DNA of 64,000 nucleotides from NCBI RefSeq assembly GCF_054482525.1, contig NZ_CM137006.1; one strand, 5' to 3'. Shown piece by piece: positions 1 to 9,760 of this stretch (position 1 is its first letter; each line of letters starts with the position of its first letter). The notes under the pieces were generated by a model. It saw only the letters and a program-made list of their open reading frames with translations, ran no database searches and was not told where the DNA came from. The position numbers and the translations under genes were made by a program.

Positions 1-3000
1 CGGTAACCGTATCACCCGCCGCCGCGCCCGTCACCTGGCCGCTGATGGTCTGCGCCACGTCCGATTCCGCAGCGTTGATAATATCGTCGCTCGCCACCGG
101 ATTAATGGTTACACCCGGCAGCGCGGTATTGACCTGCACATTATGGCTGGCGGAATTGCTGTTGCCTGCGCTGTCGGTGACGTTCGCCGTCACCGTGTAG
201 CTGGCTTCGCCCAGCGCACCTACTGCGGAGGCTGGCACCGTGGTGCTCCAGTTGCCTGCGGCGTCCGTCGTGGCAGTGTAATTTTGCCCGTTCAGCGTCA
301 GCGTAATTGTGGTGCCAGCTGGCTGATTACTGGTGCCGGAAATTTGCAGATCCGCGCCTTTTTCGATGGCGTTAATCACGTCATCGGTGGCGATGGTGTT
401 AATGCCAATGGTCGGCGCGGTCAGATTCACTGTAACCGTGCGGCTGGCATCATCGCTATTGCCTGCCGCGTCGGTAATGCTGGCGGTGACAGTTTGCGGG
501 CCGCTGCCCAGCGCCGTGACATCCGCCGCCGGAACGCCGACGCTCCAGTTGCCGGAGGCATCCAGCGTCGTGGTGTAGGTTTTACTGTTTAGCGTGACGG
601 TGACGACATCCCCCGCTTCTCCGCCAGTGCTGGAACCGGAAATCACCAGCGCCTGCCCGTGTTCGGCGGCGTTAATAATATCGTCGCCCGCAATGGTGTT
701 GATGGTGAGTACCGGAACGGTGAGATCCACCGCCAGATTATGCGTGGTGCTCGCCGGGTTGCCCGCTTTGTCATTGACCGTGGCGGTCAGGGTGTGGCTG
801 CCATCGGTCAATGCCTCAAGATCTGCCGCCGGAATATTAATACTCCAGCTACCGTCGGCCTGTACCGTTGCCTGATACGTCTGCACGGTCGGGCTATTGA
901 GCGTTATCGTAACAATCTGCCCTGCCTCGGCAGTGGTGCTGCCGCTCACCGTCACACCCGCATCGGCTTCGCTGGCGTTGACGATATTGTCGCTGGCAAC
1001 GGTATTGATAATGATGGTCGGGGCACTGCTATCGACGCTGTAGTTATGCACCGCCGAGGCGCTATTGCCATTAATATTGCTGACGCTGGCCTGCGTGGAG
1101 GCGCTGCCATCGGTTAATAACGCTAAATCGGCAGCGGGAACGGTGGCACTCCAGCTACCATCGCTCGCCACGCTGGCAGTGTAATTTTTCCCGCCAAAGG
1201 TGACGGTGACCGTTTGCCCGGCTTCTACATTCGTGGTGGTGCCGGAAAGCGTTAAATCAGCGCCTTTTTCTGCGCCGTTAATCACATCGTCCGTGGCGAT
1301 AGTGTTGATGGTGATAGCCGCCGGAGTGAGATCCACCGTTACCGGATGCGTAATGCTTATCGGATTTCCGGCGCTACTTTCCCCGGACACGGCAATATTA
1401 ATCGTCCCCGCAGGCCAGGCGCTAACCTGCGCCGCCGTGACGCCCACACTCCAGCTGCCATCGGCCTGCACCGCGGTGGTGTATTCCACATTATTAATCG
1501 TGACGGTAAGCGGCGTGCCTTCTGCCAGCCCCGAACTGCTGCCGGTGACCACCAGCGCCTGCCCGTGCTCGATGATATTGACCACATCATCGCCCGCCAC
1601 CGTATCGACCCGCAGGCCGGGCAGATTGGCGTCGATGGTGATATCCCGCGTGCCGCTGCCGGTGTTGCCGTTTTGATTGGTGACCGAGGCGCTCACCGTT
1701 AAATCGCCATTGCCCAGCGCCTGAATATCTGCCGCCGGAACGCTCACGCTCCAGCTTAAATTGGCCTGCACGGTGGTGGTGTAAGTATTGCCGCCCAGCG
1801 TAATCGTTACCGTGTCGCCAACGGCGGCTCCAGTCACCTGCCCGCTGATGGTTTGCGCGACGCCCGCTTCGGCGGCGTTAATAATATCGTCGGTTGCCAC
1901 CGGGTTAATGGTCACGCCGGGCAGCGCGCTGTCGACCAGCACATTATGGCTGGCGGTGGCGCTGTTGCCGATACTGCTGGTTACCGCCGCCGTTACCGTG
2001 TAGTTGGCCTGGCCCAGTGCGGTTACCGCCGATGCCGGAACGGTGACGCTCCAGTTGCCGGAGGCGTCGGTCGTGGTGGTGTAATTTTGCCCGTTCAGCG
2101 TCACGGTGATGGCGGTATTAACAGGCTGATCGCTGGTGCCGGTAATCTGGAGATCGGCCCCTTTTTCGCTGGCGTTAATCACATCATCGCCCGCAATGCT
2201 GTTAATGCCGATAAGGGGCGCGGCGGTATTGACCGTGACGGTCAATGACTGGCTGCCGCTGTTTCCTGCGCGGTCGGTTACCGAGACGCTGACAGGATAA
2301 CTGCCGTCCACCAGTCCGCTGACAACAGAAGCCGGAACGCCCAGACTCCAGTTGCCGGAACCATCCACCACCGTGGTGTAATCGGAATTATTTAACGTAA
2401 CGGTGACAATATCGCCCGCCTGCGCGCCAGTAACCGTGCCACTGATGATTTGTGCCTGGGTGTGTTCCGGCGTGTTGATGACGTTATCGGTCGCCACCGG
2501 ATTAATGGTCACCACCGGAGGCGTGGCATCCACCAGCGCCACGCGTGAAACGCTGGTCGGGTTACCGGCGACATCGTTCACGCTGGCGGTGACCGTAGCG
2601 TTGCCGTCAGCCAGTGCGCCCACGTTGGCGGCGGGAACGGTCACGCTCCAGGTGCCGTCTGACTGCACGACGCCCTGATACGTCTGCCCGTTAAGCGTCA
2701 CCGTTACCGTCTGCCCCGGCTGGGCATCGGTGGTGCCGGTGATGGGCAGATCCTGCCCGCTTTCGGCGGCGTTGATGATGTTGTCGGCAGTCAGCGAGTC
2801 GATGCTTAAGGCCGGGGCCTGGCTGTCGACAGTAATGGTGCGGGAGGTGTCGCCAGTGTTACCGCTGATATTCGTGACCGTCGCGGTAATTTCCGCCGCG
2901 CCGTCTGCCAGGCTGCTGACCGCGCTGGCGGGGATGGTCAGGCTCCAGCCGCCACCTGCCTGAACGGTGGTGGTAAAAGTCTGCCCGGCGAATTTCACTA

Positions 3001-5737
3001 CCACGGTTTGCCCGGTTTCCACCAGCTGCGTGGTGCCAGTCAGCGTTAACGCCGCGCCTTTTTCTGTGGCATTAATAATGTCATCGCCGGAGACGGTATT
3101 GATGGTGATAAGCACCGCGCCCGGATTGACTTCCACGTTACGATCGATGGAAACCGGGTTCCCGGCGGGGTCCGTTGCGCTGGCATTAACCACTATCGTA
3201 CCCGGCGTCAGCGCCTGTAAATCTGCCGCAGGCACGCCTATCTGCCAGTTGCCGTTGCTGTCGGTCACCCCCTGGTAGGTGTTGCTACCGAGTAAAACAG
3301 TGACCACTCTTCCAGCGGGAAGATTGGTACTACTACCGGTGATGATCAGGTTTTGCTGCTGCTCAACGGCATTGATCACATCATCGCCCGCGATGGTGTC
3401 AATGCGCAGCCCCGGCAGCCCGGCACTGATGGTGATATCAAGCGCGCTGCTGCCTGTGTTGCCATGCACATTGGTGACCGAGGCGTTAATGGTTAACGCG
3501 CCATCGCCCAGCGCCTGTAAATCTGCCGACGGAACGCTCACGCTCCAGGTGAGATTACTGCCCACCGTCGCCGTGTAAGTATTGCCGCCCAGCACAAGGG
3601 TTACCGTGTCGCCCTGCGCGGCGCCCACGACAACGCCGCTCAGAGTTTGATCTGCCGCCGCTTCGGCGTTGTTGACAATGTTATCGCCCGCAAAAGTGTT
3701 GATGATCACCTGCGGCAGCACCGTATCGACCAGTAAATTACTCTGCGCGGTGCCGGTATTACCGATAACATCGGTAGCGCTGGCAGTGACGGTGTAATTG
3801 GTGTTCGCCAGGTTCACAACATCGCTCACCGGAACGTTCAACGACCAGACGCCGCCGCTAACCTGAGCGCTATACGTGACATTATTCAGCGTCACGCTAA
3901 CCGTGCCACCGTCCGGTAAATTGCTGGTGCCGCTTAACGTTAGCGGCTGCCCGGATTCCTGTGCATTCAGGACGTTATCGCCGCTGATAGTATCTATCGT
4001 TACCTGTGGCGCAACGCCCGCCAGGGTGATGTTATGGCTCGCCGAACCGGTGTTACCAGCGGCATCGGTCACCGTAACGACAATATCGTTGGCCCCGCGA
4101 TCCAGCGTGCGGGTTACCGCCGGGTCCAGCGCCACATTCCAGCTGCCATCTGCCAGCACGATGCCCGTCAGGACATGAGTGCCCAATTTCACCGTTACCG
4201 TATCGCCAGGAGAAGCACCGCTAACTTGTCCGGAGATGATCTGCGCGACGGCCTGCTCGGCATTATTAAGAATATCGTCGCCCGCCACGGTATTAACACT
4301 GACCACGGGTGCTGAGGTGTCTACCGTGAAATTCGCGCTGTGGCTGGTGCTGTTCCCTGCCCGATCGCTGACACTGGCATTGACAGCGTAATTACCCTCC
4401 GCCAGTGCCTGGACTTCCGTGGCAGGCAGCGTCACTTGCCAGGTTCCGTCGCTACCGACGGTTGCTGTATGGCCTTTCCCGTTGACGGTCAGTGTTACGG
4501 TTTGCCCCGCTTCTGCATTCGACGTGCCGCTCAGTACCAGCGAGGCGTTATGTTCCGCAGCACTGATAATGTTGTCCTGAGCGATGGTGTTGATGGCAAG
4601 CGTTGGCGGTTGGGTATCGACCGTTAGCAGCTGCGCGCCGGTGACCGTATTGCCTGTGACGTCTTTCCCACTGACCAGCACTGCCTGATTCCCTTCGCCT
4701 AACGCCTGTGCATCGGCGGTCGGCACCTGCACGCTCCAGGCACCGTTAGCGCCTACGCTGGTGGTGTAGGTTTTGCCGTTTAGCGTAACGGTGAGTTCTG
4801 TTCCCTGCGCCAGATGGCTACTGGTACCAGAAAGCGTAAACCGGGCGGCCTGTTCGCTGGCGTTAATAATGTTATCGCCTGCGGTGGTGGCAACCTGCAC
4901 GCTGGCCTGACTATTGTCGATGGTTAACGTTATCGAACCGGCGTCAGTGATGGTACTGCCGACAATTTGCACCACTGACCAGGTATGTTCACCTGCACTT
5001 TGCGTGGGTAACGAGACACTCCAGTGACCGTTGTTGTCTACCTGAGTACTGGCAATAGTATTGCCGTTACTGTCTTTAATCTGAATAGTCGCCCCCGCCT
5101 GCCCGCTGCCGCTAAAGGTTGGCGTGGTGTCATCGGTGATGTCATTGGTGGCGAGAATGCCGCGCTGATCGCCCTGATTATCGATAACTAAAAATGATGG
5201 TGTGGCAACACCCGGTTCAGGCACAGGCTCAGCGGGTGGCGTAGGGTTATTAATCACTTCCGTTTTCGAGTCGCCATCACCACCGCTTGCCAGCAGTGCA
5301 CCAAGCGCACCACCACCTACCGCCGCCCCCGCCAGCCAACCCCACGGGAAGGCGCTGGTCTGAGCAACGGTATCAAGAAATGGCGCAATGCTTTCAATCG
5401 CAGTGGTCTGGGCAGTCAGTTCTACGGGGGCTAATCCACCCGCAGCAGTATCGGCGAAGGTGACATGGGTTAGCTGTTGCCCATCGGCAAACACCAGTTC
5501 CGATTGTTCAGCTGTATTCGCCGCTTGCAGGAAATAACCGTTGCAGCGGATCACCGTGCCGTCCTGCATATAGATCAGCAGGTCATTTCCTTCACGGACG
5601 TAACGCGCAACGGCAGAGGCCTGAGCATGAACCTGCACCACGGAAGGCTCATAAATAACAACCGTGACGTCGCCAGGATTAATCAGCGTTTGTTTGACGG
5701 ATGTTTTACGCGAAATAACATCAATAATCAGGCTCAT
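1..5737 (-). CDS. Giant Ig-like repeat adhesin, type I secretion substrate (BapA/LapA/RTX-exoprotein-like); 5' part only, 3' end lies beyond window position 1
   Basis: Reverse-complement translation from ATG (complement of 5735-5737), RBS AGGAA upstream, in-frame stop 5768-5770 upstream: MSLIIDVISRKTSVKQTLINPGDVTVVIYEPS...; continues into ~100-aa T/V/G/A/N-rich repeats typical of bacterial Ig-like domains. The ORF track lists no long minus-strand ORF here, consistent with a frame open to the window edge. GC-rich repeats visible at ~300 bp and ~1.8 kb spacing. Confidence 0.85.
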   Translation of the reverse strand, partial: MSLIIDVISRKTSVKQTLINPGDVTVVIYEPSVVQVHAQASAVARYVREGNDLLIYMQDGTVIRCNGYFLQAANTAEQSELVFADGQQLTHVTFADTAAGGLAPVELTAQTTAIESIAPFLDTVAQTSAFPWGWLAGAAVGGGALGALLASGGDGDSKTEVINNPTPPAEPVPEPGVATPSFLVIDNQGDQRGILATNDITDDTTPTFSGSGQAGATIQIKDSNGNTIASTQVDNNGHWSVSLPTQSAGEHTWSVVQIVGSTITDAGSITLTIDNSQASVQVATTAGDNIINASEQAARFTLSGTSSHLAQGTELTVTLNGKTYTTSVGANGAWSVQVPTADAQALGEGNQAVLVSGKDVTGNTVTGAQLLTVDTQPPTLAINTIAQDNIISAAEHNASLVLSGTSNAEAGQTVTLTVNGKGHTATVGSDGTWQVTLPATEVQALAEGNYAVNASVSDRAGNSTSHSANFTVDTSAPVVSVNTVAGDDILNNAEQAVAQIISGQVSGASPGDTVTVKLGTHVLTGIVLADGSWNVALDPAVTRTLDRGANDIVVTVTDAAGNTGSASHNITLAGVAPQVTIDTISGDNVLNAQESGQPLTLSGTSNLPDGGTVSVTLNNVTYSAQVSGGVWSLNVPVSDVVNLANTNYTVTASATDVIGNTGTAQSNLLVDTVLPQVIINTFAGDNIVNNAEAAADQTLSGVVVGAAQGDTVTLVLGGNTYTATVGSNLTWSVSVPSADLQALGDGALTINASVTNVHGNTGSSALDITISAGLPGLRIDTIAGDDVINAVEQQQNLIITGSSTNLPAGRVVTVLLGSNTYQGVTDSNGNWQIGVPAADLQALTPGTIVVNASATDPAGNPVSIDRNVEVNPGAVLITINTVSGDDIINATEKGAALTLTGTTQLVETGQTVVVKFAGQTFTTTVQAGGGWSLTIPASAVSSLADGAAEITATVTNISGNTGDTSRTITVDSQAPALSIDSLTADNIINAAESGQDLPITGTTDAQPGQTVTVTLNGQTYQGVVQSDGTWSVTVPAANVGALADGNATVTASVNDVAGNPTSVSRVALVDATPPVVTINPVATDNVINTPEHTQAQIISGTVTGAQAGDIVTVTLNNSDYTTVVDGSGNWSLGVPASVVSGLVDGSYPVSVSVTDRAGNSGSQSLTVTVNTAAPLIGINSIAGDDVINASEKGADLQITGTSDQPVNTAITVTLNGQNYTTTTDASGNWSVTVPASAVTALGQANYTVTAAVTSSIGNSATASHNVLVDSALPGVTINPVATDDIINAAEAGVAQTISGQVTGAAVGDTVTITLGGNTYTTTVQANLSWSVSVPAADIQALGNGDLTVSASVTNQNGNTGSGTRDITIDANLPGLRVDTVAGDDVVNIIEHGQALVVTGSSSGLAEGTPLTVTINNVEYTTAVQADGSWSVGVTAAQVSAWPAGTINIAVSGESSAGNPISITHPVTVDLTPAAITINTIATDDVINGAEKGADLTLSGTTTNVEAGQTVTVTFGGKNYTASVASDGSWSATVPAADLALLTDGSASTQASVSNINGNSASAVHNYSVDSSAPTIIINTVASDNIVNASEADAGVTVSGSTTAEAGQIVTITLNSPTVQTYQATVQADGSWSINIPAADLEALTDGSHTLTATVNDKAGNPASTTHNLAVDLTVPVLTINTIAGDDIINAAEHGQALVISGSSTGGEAGDVVTVTLNSKTYTTTLDASGNWSVGVPAADVTALGSGPQTVTASITDAAGNSDDASRTVTVNLTAPTIGINTIATDDVINAIEKGADLQISGTSNQPAGTTITLTLNGQNYTATTDAAGNWSTTVPASAVGALGEASYTVTANVTDSAGNSNSASHNVQVNTALPGVTINPVASDDIINAAESDVAQTISGQVTGAAAGDTVT

Positions 5738-5839
5738 AATGGCATTCCTGATAAATGGCGCACATCCTTAGCGAGTCCATTTATCTAAATAAGACAAAGG
5801 TAATCACTTAACAACGGCCCACTATTAATAATGGCAGGA

Positions 5840-7195
5840 TTATTTCAAGTCGGGTAAGTCGTTGTATAAGCCCTGTTTAATTCCCGCTAATGGAATAAGG
5901 TTATTCACCGCAGCGGCATAATTTACGGCGGCGACCCAGCCATCATAATTGGCATTTATTTCAGCCGATTGCGCCTGAAAGACATCTTGCTCGACGGTTA
6001 ATAGATCATTCAGACTGCGTTTGCCCAATTTATATTCATTTTGGTACACTTCTCGCGTTTTGTGCGCACTTTCGGATTGTGCTAAACCGGCTTCTTCGCG
6101 ACCTCGTGCGCCGGTCCAGTTCGCATATGCCACAGACGCTCGTTGCAGCACATCCAGTTTTGCCTGTTCGACCTGCGAGGCAGAGATTTTTTGTTGCCCT
6201 TCAGCTTGTTGCACCTGGGCTGAAACTGCGCCGCCCTGATACAGCGGCGCGTTAACGTTCAGTTGTAACTGATCATCCCAATACGAGCGGTCGCTGGTCT
6301 GGTAGCGCGTTTTGCCCCCCTGAATACTCAGCGTTGGCCAGTATTGCGCTTTCGTTTTTTCCACGCCGTACTGTGCTGACTGGCGTAAGTTTTCTGCCGC
6401 CAGCACCAGCGGGATGGACTGGTAATCAATATTTTTCAGCGACACCGGCTGCTCGGCTAATTCAGCAGGTGGCGCGGCTATCGCCTCCGGCTGTACGCCA
6501 GTGAGCACCGCCAGTTGCGCTTTGGCGCTTGCCATCTGCGCCTGATATTGCTCCAGCGTTGAGCGCATTCCGGCAATGCGCGTCTGGGCTTGTAATTCAT
6601 CCGACGATGAGTTCAGGCCAGCGTTAGCGCGCAATGCCGCCATGTTGTAGACGTTTTCCAGCGAGTGAATATTGCGTTGAGCCGCATCGCACAAAGCCTG
6701 ATAACGACTGACTTCCATATAGGCAGTCGCCGTTTTCTCTGCAACATCGGTTAAGGTTGCCATCAATTTAAAGCGGTAGCTGTCACGGGCGGCAGTTTGC
6801 AGATTGATATCGTTGTTTGTTTTACCAAAGTCATACACCAGCTGTGTCAGGGTTATGCCATACGAAACGTTGTTATCAAGCCTGCCGCTGGAATCCGTTT
6901 GTCGGGACGGCCCCGCGTTGCCGGTTAATCCAACGTGCGGATACCAGGCACTTTTGGCTTCATCAATTTGCGCTTCGCCAATGCCTATCTGCGCCGCCTG
7001 TTGAGTGACGTCGGGATTTCGCGCAAAGGCGCGTAATATACTTTCCTGTAAAGATAATCGGGCAACTGGCGTTACCGCTGGGGCGTTCGCCCATTGTGGC
7101 AGCGGTGCAGCAATTGTAGCTTCTCCCATCACCATAAAACTTATTAAAAAAATAAACCCATTATTTTTACGGCTTTTAAACTGGAATCGCGCCAT
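5840..7195 (-). CDS. TolC-family outer membrane efflux protein, putative T1SS outer-membrane component
   Basis: 451-aa ORF with N-terminal signal-peptide-like segment and coiled-coil Q/A-rich repeats typical of TolC/OprM family; immediately upstream of and co-oriented with the adhesin gene. Confidence 0.8.
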   Translation of the reverse strand: MARFQFKSRKNNGFIFLISFMVMGEATIAAPLPQWANAPAVTPVARLSLQESILRAFARNPDVTQQAAQIGIGEAQIDEAKSAWYPHVGLTGNAGPSRQTDSSGRLDNNVSYGITLTQLVYDFGKTNNDINLQTAARDSYRFKLMATLTDVAEKTATAYMEVSRYQALCDAAQRNIHSLENVYNMAALRANAGLNSSSDELQAQTRIAGMRSTLEQYQAQMASAKAQLAVLTGVQPEAIAAPPAELAEQPVSLKNIDYQSIPLVLAAENLRQSAQYGVEKTKAQYWPTLSIQGGKTRYQTSDRSYWDDQLQLNVNAPLYQGGAVSAQVQQAEGQQKISASQVEQAKLDVLQRASVAYANWTGARGREEAGLAQSESAHKTREVYQNEYKLGKRSLNDLLTVEQDVFQAQSAEINANYDGWVAAVNYAAAVNNLIPLAGIKQGLYNDLPDLK

Positions 7196-7497
7196 AGATA
7201 AGTCACTTCCTTCCAGGTCATTATTTTAACTGGTTTTTATAACCAGTCTCATTTTATTAAGAAGGGTAATAACTTGTGCATCTCTTTTGTCGATCATTGA
7301 TATGGGCAAAGAAATGCAGCTAAAAAGCTTATACGTTATTTATTTAGAATACACTACGACTTTTAGATTACCATCATACACATTAAGAATAATCCACGGT
7401 AATAAGTGATTAGCATCACAGATTTATCGCGTATATATCATTTTTTTGTGACTTATTTATTAAAGGAATAAGAAAGGAAATTTGAATTAAAGACAAA
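7196..7497 (-). promoter_or_regulatory. AT-rich upstream region of the T1SS operon (candidate promoter, possibly H-NS-bound)
   Basis: ~300 bp of strongly AT-rich sequence between ybaT terminator and the TolC-like gene start, contrasting with the GC-rich adhesin gene. No specific -10/-35 assigned. Confidence 0.4.
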
Positions 7498-7498
7498 G

Positions 7499-7521
7499 GC
7501 GCAGTACAGGCTGTACTGCGC
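7499..7521 (-). terminator. Stem-loop downstream of ybaT
   Basis: Perfect inverted repeat GCGCAGTACAG-G-CTGTACTGCGC 12 bp past the ybaT stop codon. Confidence 0.6.
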
Positions 7522-7532
7522 ACAGAGAGGTG

Positions 7533-8825
7533 TTATACGGTTTTATTGCGCTTCATGACCATTGCCACAATAAGGCTGAGTAAGATTGCGCCAATAATCC
7601 ATATCAACGCACGGCTGCCTTGGGACCACAGGCTGTAGATAAAGCCAACGATCACCAGCAACATAACCAACGTACCAACAATAAGAATCGGCAACGAGGC
7701 GTGAATATCATGACGCAGGCGGATCGCCACCACAAACACCGCCAGATAGCAGATCAAAAAGGTGGCGCTGGCAACGCTGGCGAGTGAGCCTAAATTCAGC
7801 GCCGCCGTCATCAGCATAATCAGCACCACGACAATGATGTTGCCCCAGGTACTCTGCCGCCACAGGGATTTATTCATTAGCTTCGGCAGTTCGCGTTCGC
7901 TGCCCATGTTGTCCATGATGTTAAACACGGCGAACAGGTTCGCGTTGATGGCTGAAGCCGTCGCCAGTAAAGCGCCGATGACGACGATCACATAACCCAC
8001 ATGCCCGAGCAGCGGAGAAGCAGCCTGCGCTACGGCGGTATCGGCATATTTTTCTAACTCTAATGCCGATACATCGCTAAGCAAAACCAGCGCCAGCGAG
8101 ATATAAAGCAATGTGGTAACGCCAATCGCCACCAGAAACGCCCGTGGCATAATGATCTGCGGATCTTTCACTTTATCCGCCGCGTTCGCCATCATGCCAA
8201 AGCCCGCATAGGCAAGGAAGGTTATCCCGATACAGGAGAAGAACGCACCGGAGCTGGGGGGCGCAGAGACGGAAATATGCGCCGGTTGCAGCGACCAGAC
8301 ACCGGCAATAATCAGCAATAACAGGATCATCATTTTAATGCCGACGAGGATCACTTCCAGCCGCCCTACCGCATGGTTGCTTAAGGAGTTGAAAAGCGTC
8401 ATCACCGCAATGATCCCCAACGCGTAGAGCAATATAAGGTGCTCCTCCTGACTGCCTTCATGCAAAAACTGCACGGCATAAGCGCCAAAAGCACGGGCGA
8501 CCATGGCGATGCTCACCGCCAGCGTCAACAGGTACAATAACGAGAGTGCCAGCGAAAAGACGCCGTTGCCTAATCCGCGACGAAAGAAGTCGATAATACC
8601 GCCATTGCTGGGATAGCTCGCCCCCAGGCGCGCATAGGCATAACCGGAAAACATCGCCACAATACCGCCAAAAGCAAAGGCGACCCAGGTCGAGGCTTCC
8701 ATTAGCAACGCAGCCTGCCCCAGCAGCGCGAAGATCCCCGCCCCCACCATTGCCCCAATACCGATGGAAACGACGTTCCATAGACCGAGGGGTTTGTTAT
8801 CGTTATTACCTTCCGTGTTCATCAT
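7533..8825 (-). CDS. ybaT: Putative amino acid (APC family) transporter YbaT
   Basis: 430-aa polytopic membrane protein; position directly downstream of glsA with 4-bp spacing as in E. coli. Confidence 0.9.
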   Translation of the reverse strand: MMNTEGNNDNKPLGLWNVVSIGIGAMVGAGIFALLGQAALLMEASTWVAFAFGGIVAMFSGYAYARLGASYPSNGGIIDFFRRGLGNGVFSLALSLLYLLTLAVSIAMVARAFGAYAVQFLHEGSQEEHLILLYALGIIAVMTLFNSLSNHAVGRLEVILVGIKMMILLLLIIAGVWSLQPAHISVSAPPSSGAFFSCIGITFLAYAGFGMMANAADKVKDPQIIMPRAFLVAIGVTTLLYISLALVLLSDVSALELEKYADTAVAQAASPLLGHVGYVIVVIGALLATASAINANLFAVFNIMDNMGSERELPKLMNKSLWRQSTWGNIIVVVLIMLMTAALNLGSLASVASATFLICYLAVFVVAIRLRHDIHASLPILIVGTLVMLLVIVGFIYSLWSQGSRALIWIIGAILLSLIVAMVMKRNKTV

Positions 8826-8827
8826 GA

Positions 8828-9760
8828 TCAGCCCTTAAACACGTTATAGCCGAGTTGCTTAGCGACCGATGCCACCATTTTTTGACCGCGAACACTGTTG
8901 CCTTCTTCGTCCAGCGGTGGTGAGAACGCGGCAATTCCCATCACGCCAGGGACGACCGCCAGAATACCGCCACCTACACCGCTTTTGCCCGGTAAACCAA
9001 CGCGATACGCCCAGTCACCGGAGCGACCATACAGCCCTTCCATCATCATTTCAGCCAAAATGTACGGCACGTTGTCGGCCTGAAGAACGCGTTTATGCGT
9101 CAGCGGATTCACACCACCCGCCGCCAGCGTCGCGCCAAGCGTTGCCAGTTCAACAGTATTGATGAGCGTGGAGCACTGACGGGTGTACACGTCACAGGCT
9201 TCCATTGCATCACAATAGAGATATCCGGCGGAGTACAGCAGCCAGGCAATGGCCCGGTTATGGAAGTTGGTTGTTTGTTCCGACTGGTTGACTTCGTCAG
9301 AGAGCGCTACCTGCTCACCAGCCAGTTGTTGTTGGATATGTAAAATTCGCTGCCAGCGTTGTTCGGCATTTTCAGCGTTAATCAGGCTGGTGGTGGCAAT
9401 AGCGCCAGCATTTACCAGTGGCGACAGCGGTTTGCCGCCATGCAACTCTAAGGCGATAACTGAGTTAAAGGGCAATCCGGTCGGGTCAGCGCCAACTTTG
9501 TCCTGTACCGCCTGCGGGCCGACATCTTCTAACGCAAGGGCTAACGTACAGACTTTCGAGATGGATTCCAGCGCAAAGCGGTAATCACTATCACCCGCGC
9601 GATAGATGTTGCCATCGCAGGTCACAATAGCCACTGCTGCCAGTTGACCAGGTACATTCGCCAGAAAGGGAATGTAGTCGGCATTTTGTCCGCCGTTAAG
9701 TGAGTGAAATTGGGTGTAAGCCTGATCCACTGCCTGCTGTAATTTGTTTGCATCTAACAT
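8828..9760 (-). CDS. glsA: Glutaminase 1
   Basis: 310-aa ORF MLDANKLQQAVDQAYTQFHSLNGGQNADYIPFLANV..., recognised as E. coli YbaS/GlsA. Confidence 0.93.
   Translation of the reverse strand: MLDANKLQQAVDQAYTQFHSLNGGQNADYIPFLANVPGQLAAVAIVTCDGNIYRAGDSDYRFALESISKVCTLALALEDVGPQAVQDKVGADPTGLPFNSVIALELHGGKPLSPLVNAGAIATTSLINAENAEQRWQRILHIQQQLAGEQVALSDEVNQSEQTTNFHNRAIAWLLYSAGYLYCDAMEACDVYTRQCSTLINTVELATLGATLAAGGVNPLTHKRVLQADNVPYILAEMMMEGLYGRSGDWAYRVGLPGKSGVGGGILAVVPGVMGIAAFSPPLDEEGNSVRGQKMVASVAKQLGYNVFKG

Noticed and set aside
1-5700. Periodic repeats that could be mistaken for a CRISPR array or tandem-repeat locus
   Set aside because: Repeat units are ~300 bp, degenerate and in-frame coding (protein domain repeats); there is no short direct repeat plus unique spacer structure.
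143-5788. About 25 plus-strand ORFs of 60-160 aa tiling the first 5.8 kb
   Set aside because: They are in mixed frames, Ala/Gly/Val/Arg-rich and antisense to the continuous minus-strand adhesin ORF; they are a GC-rich repeat artefact, not genes.
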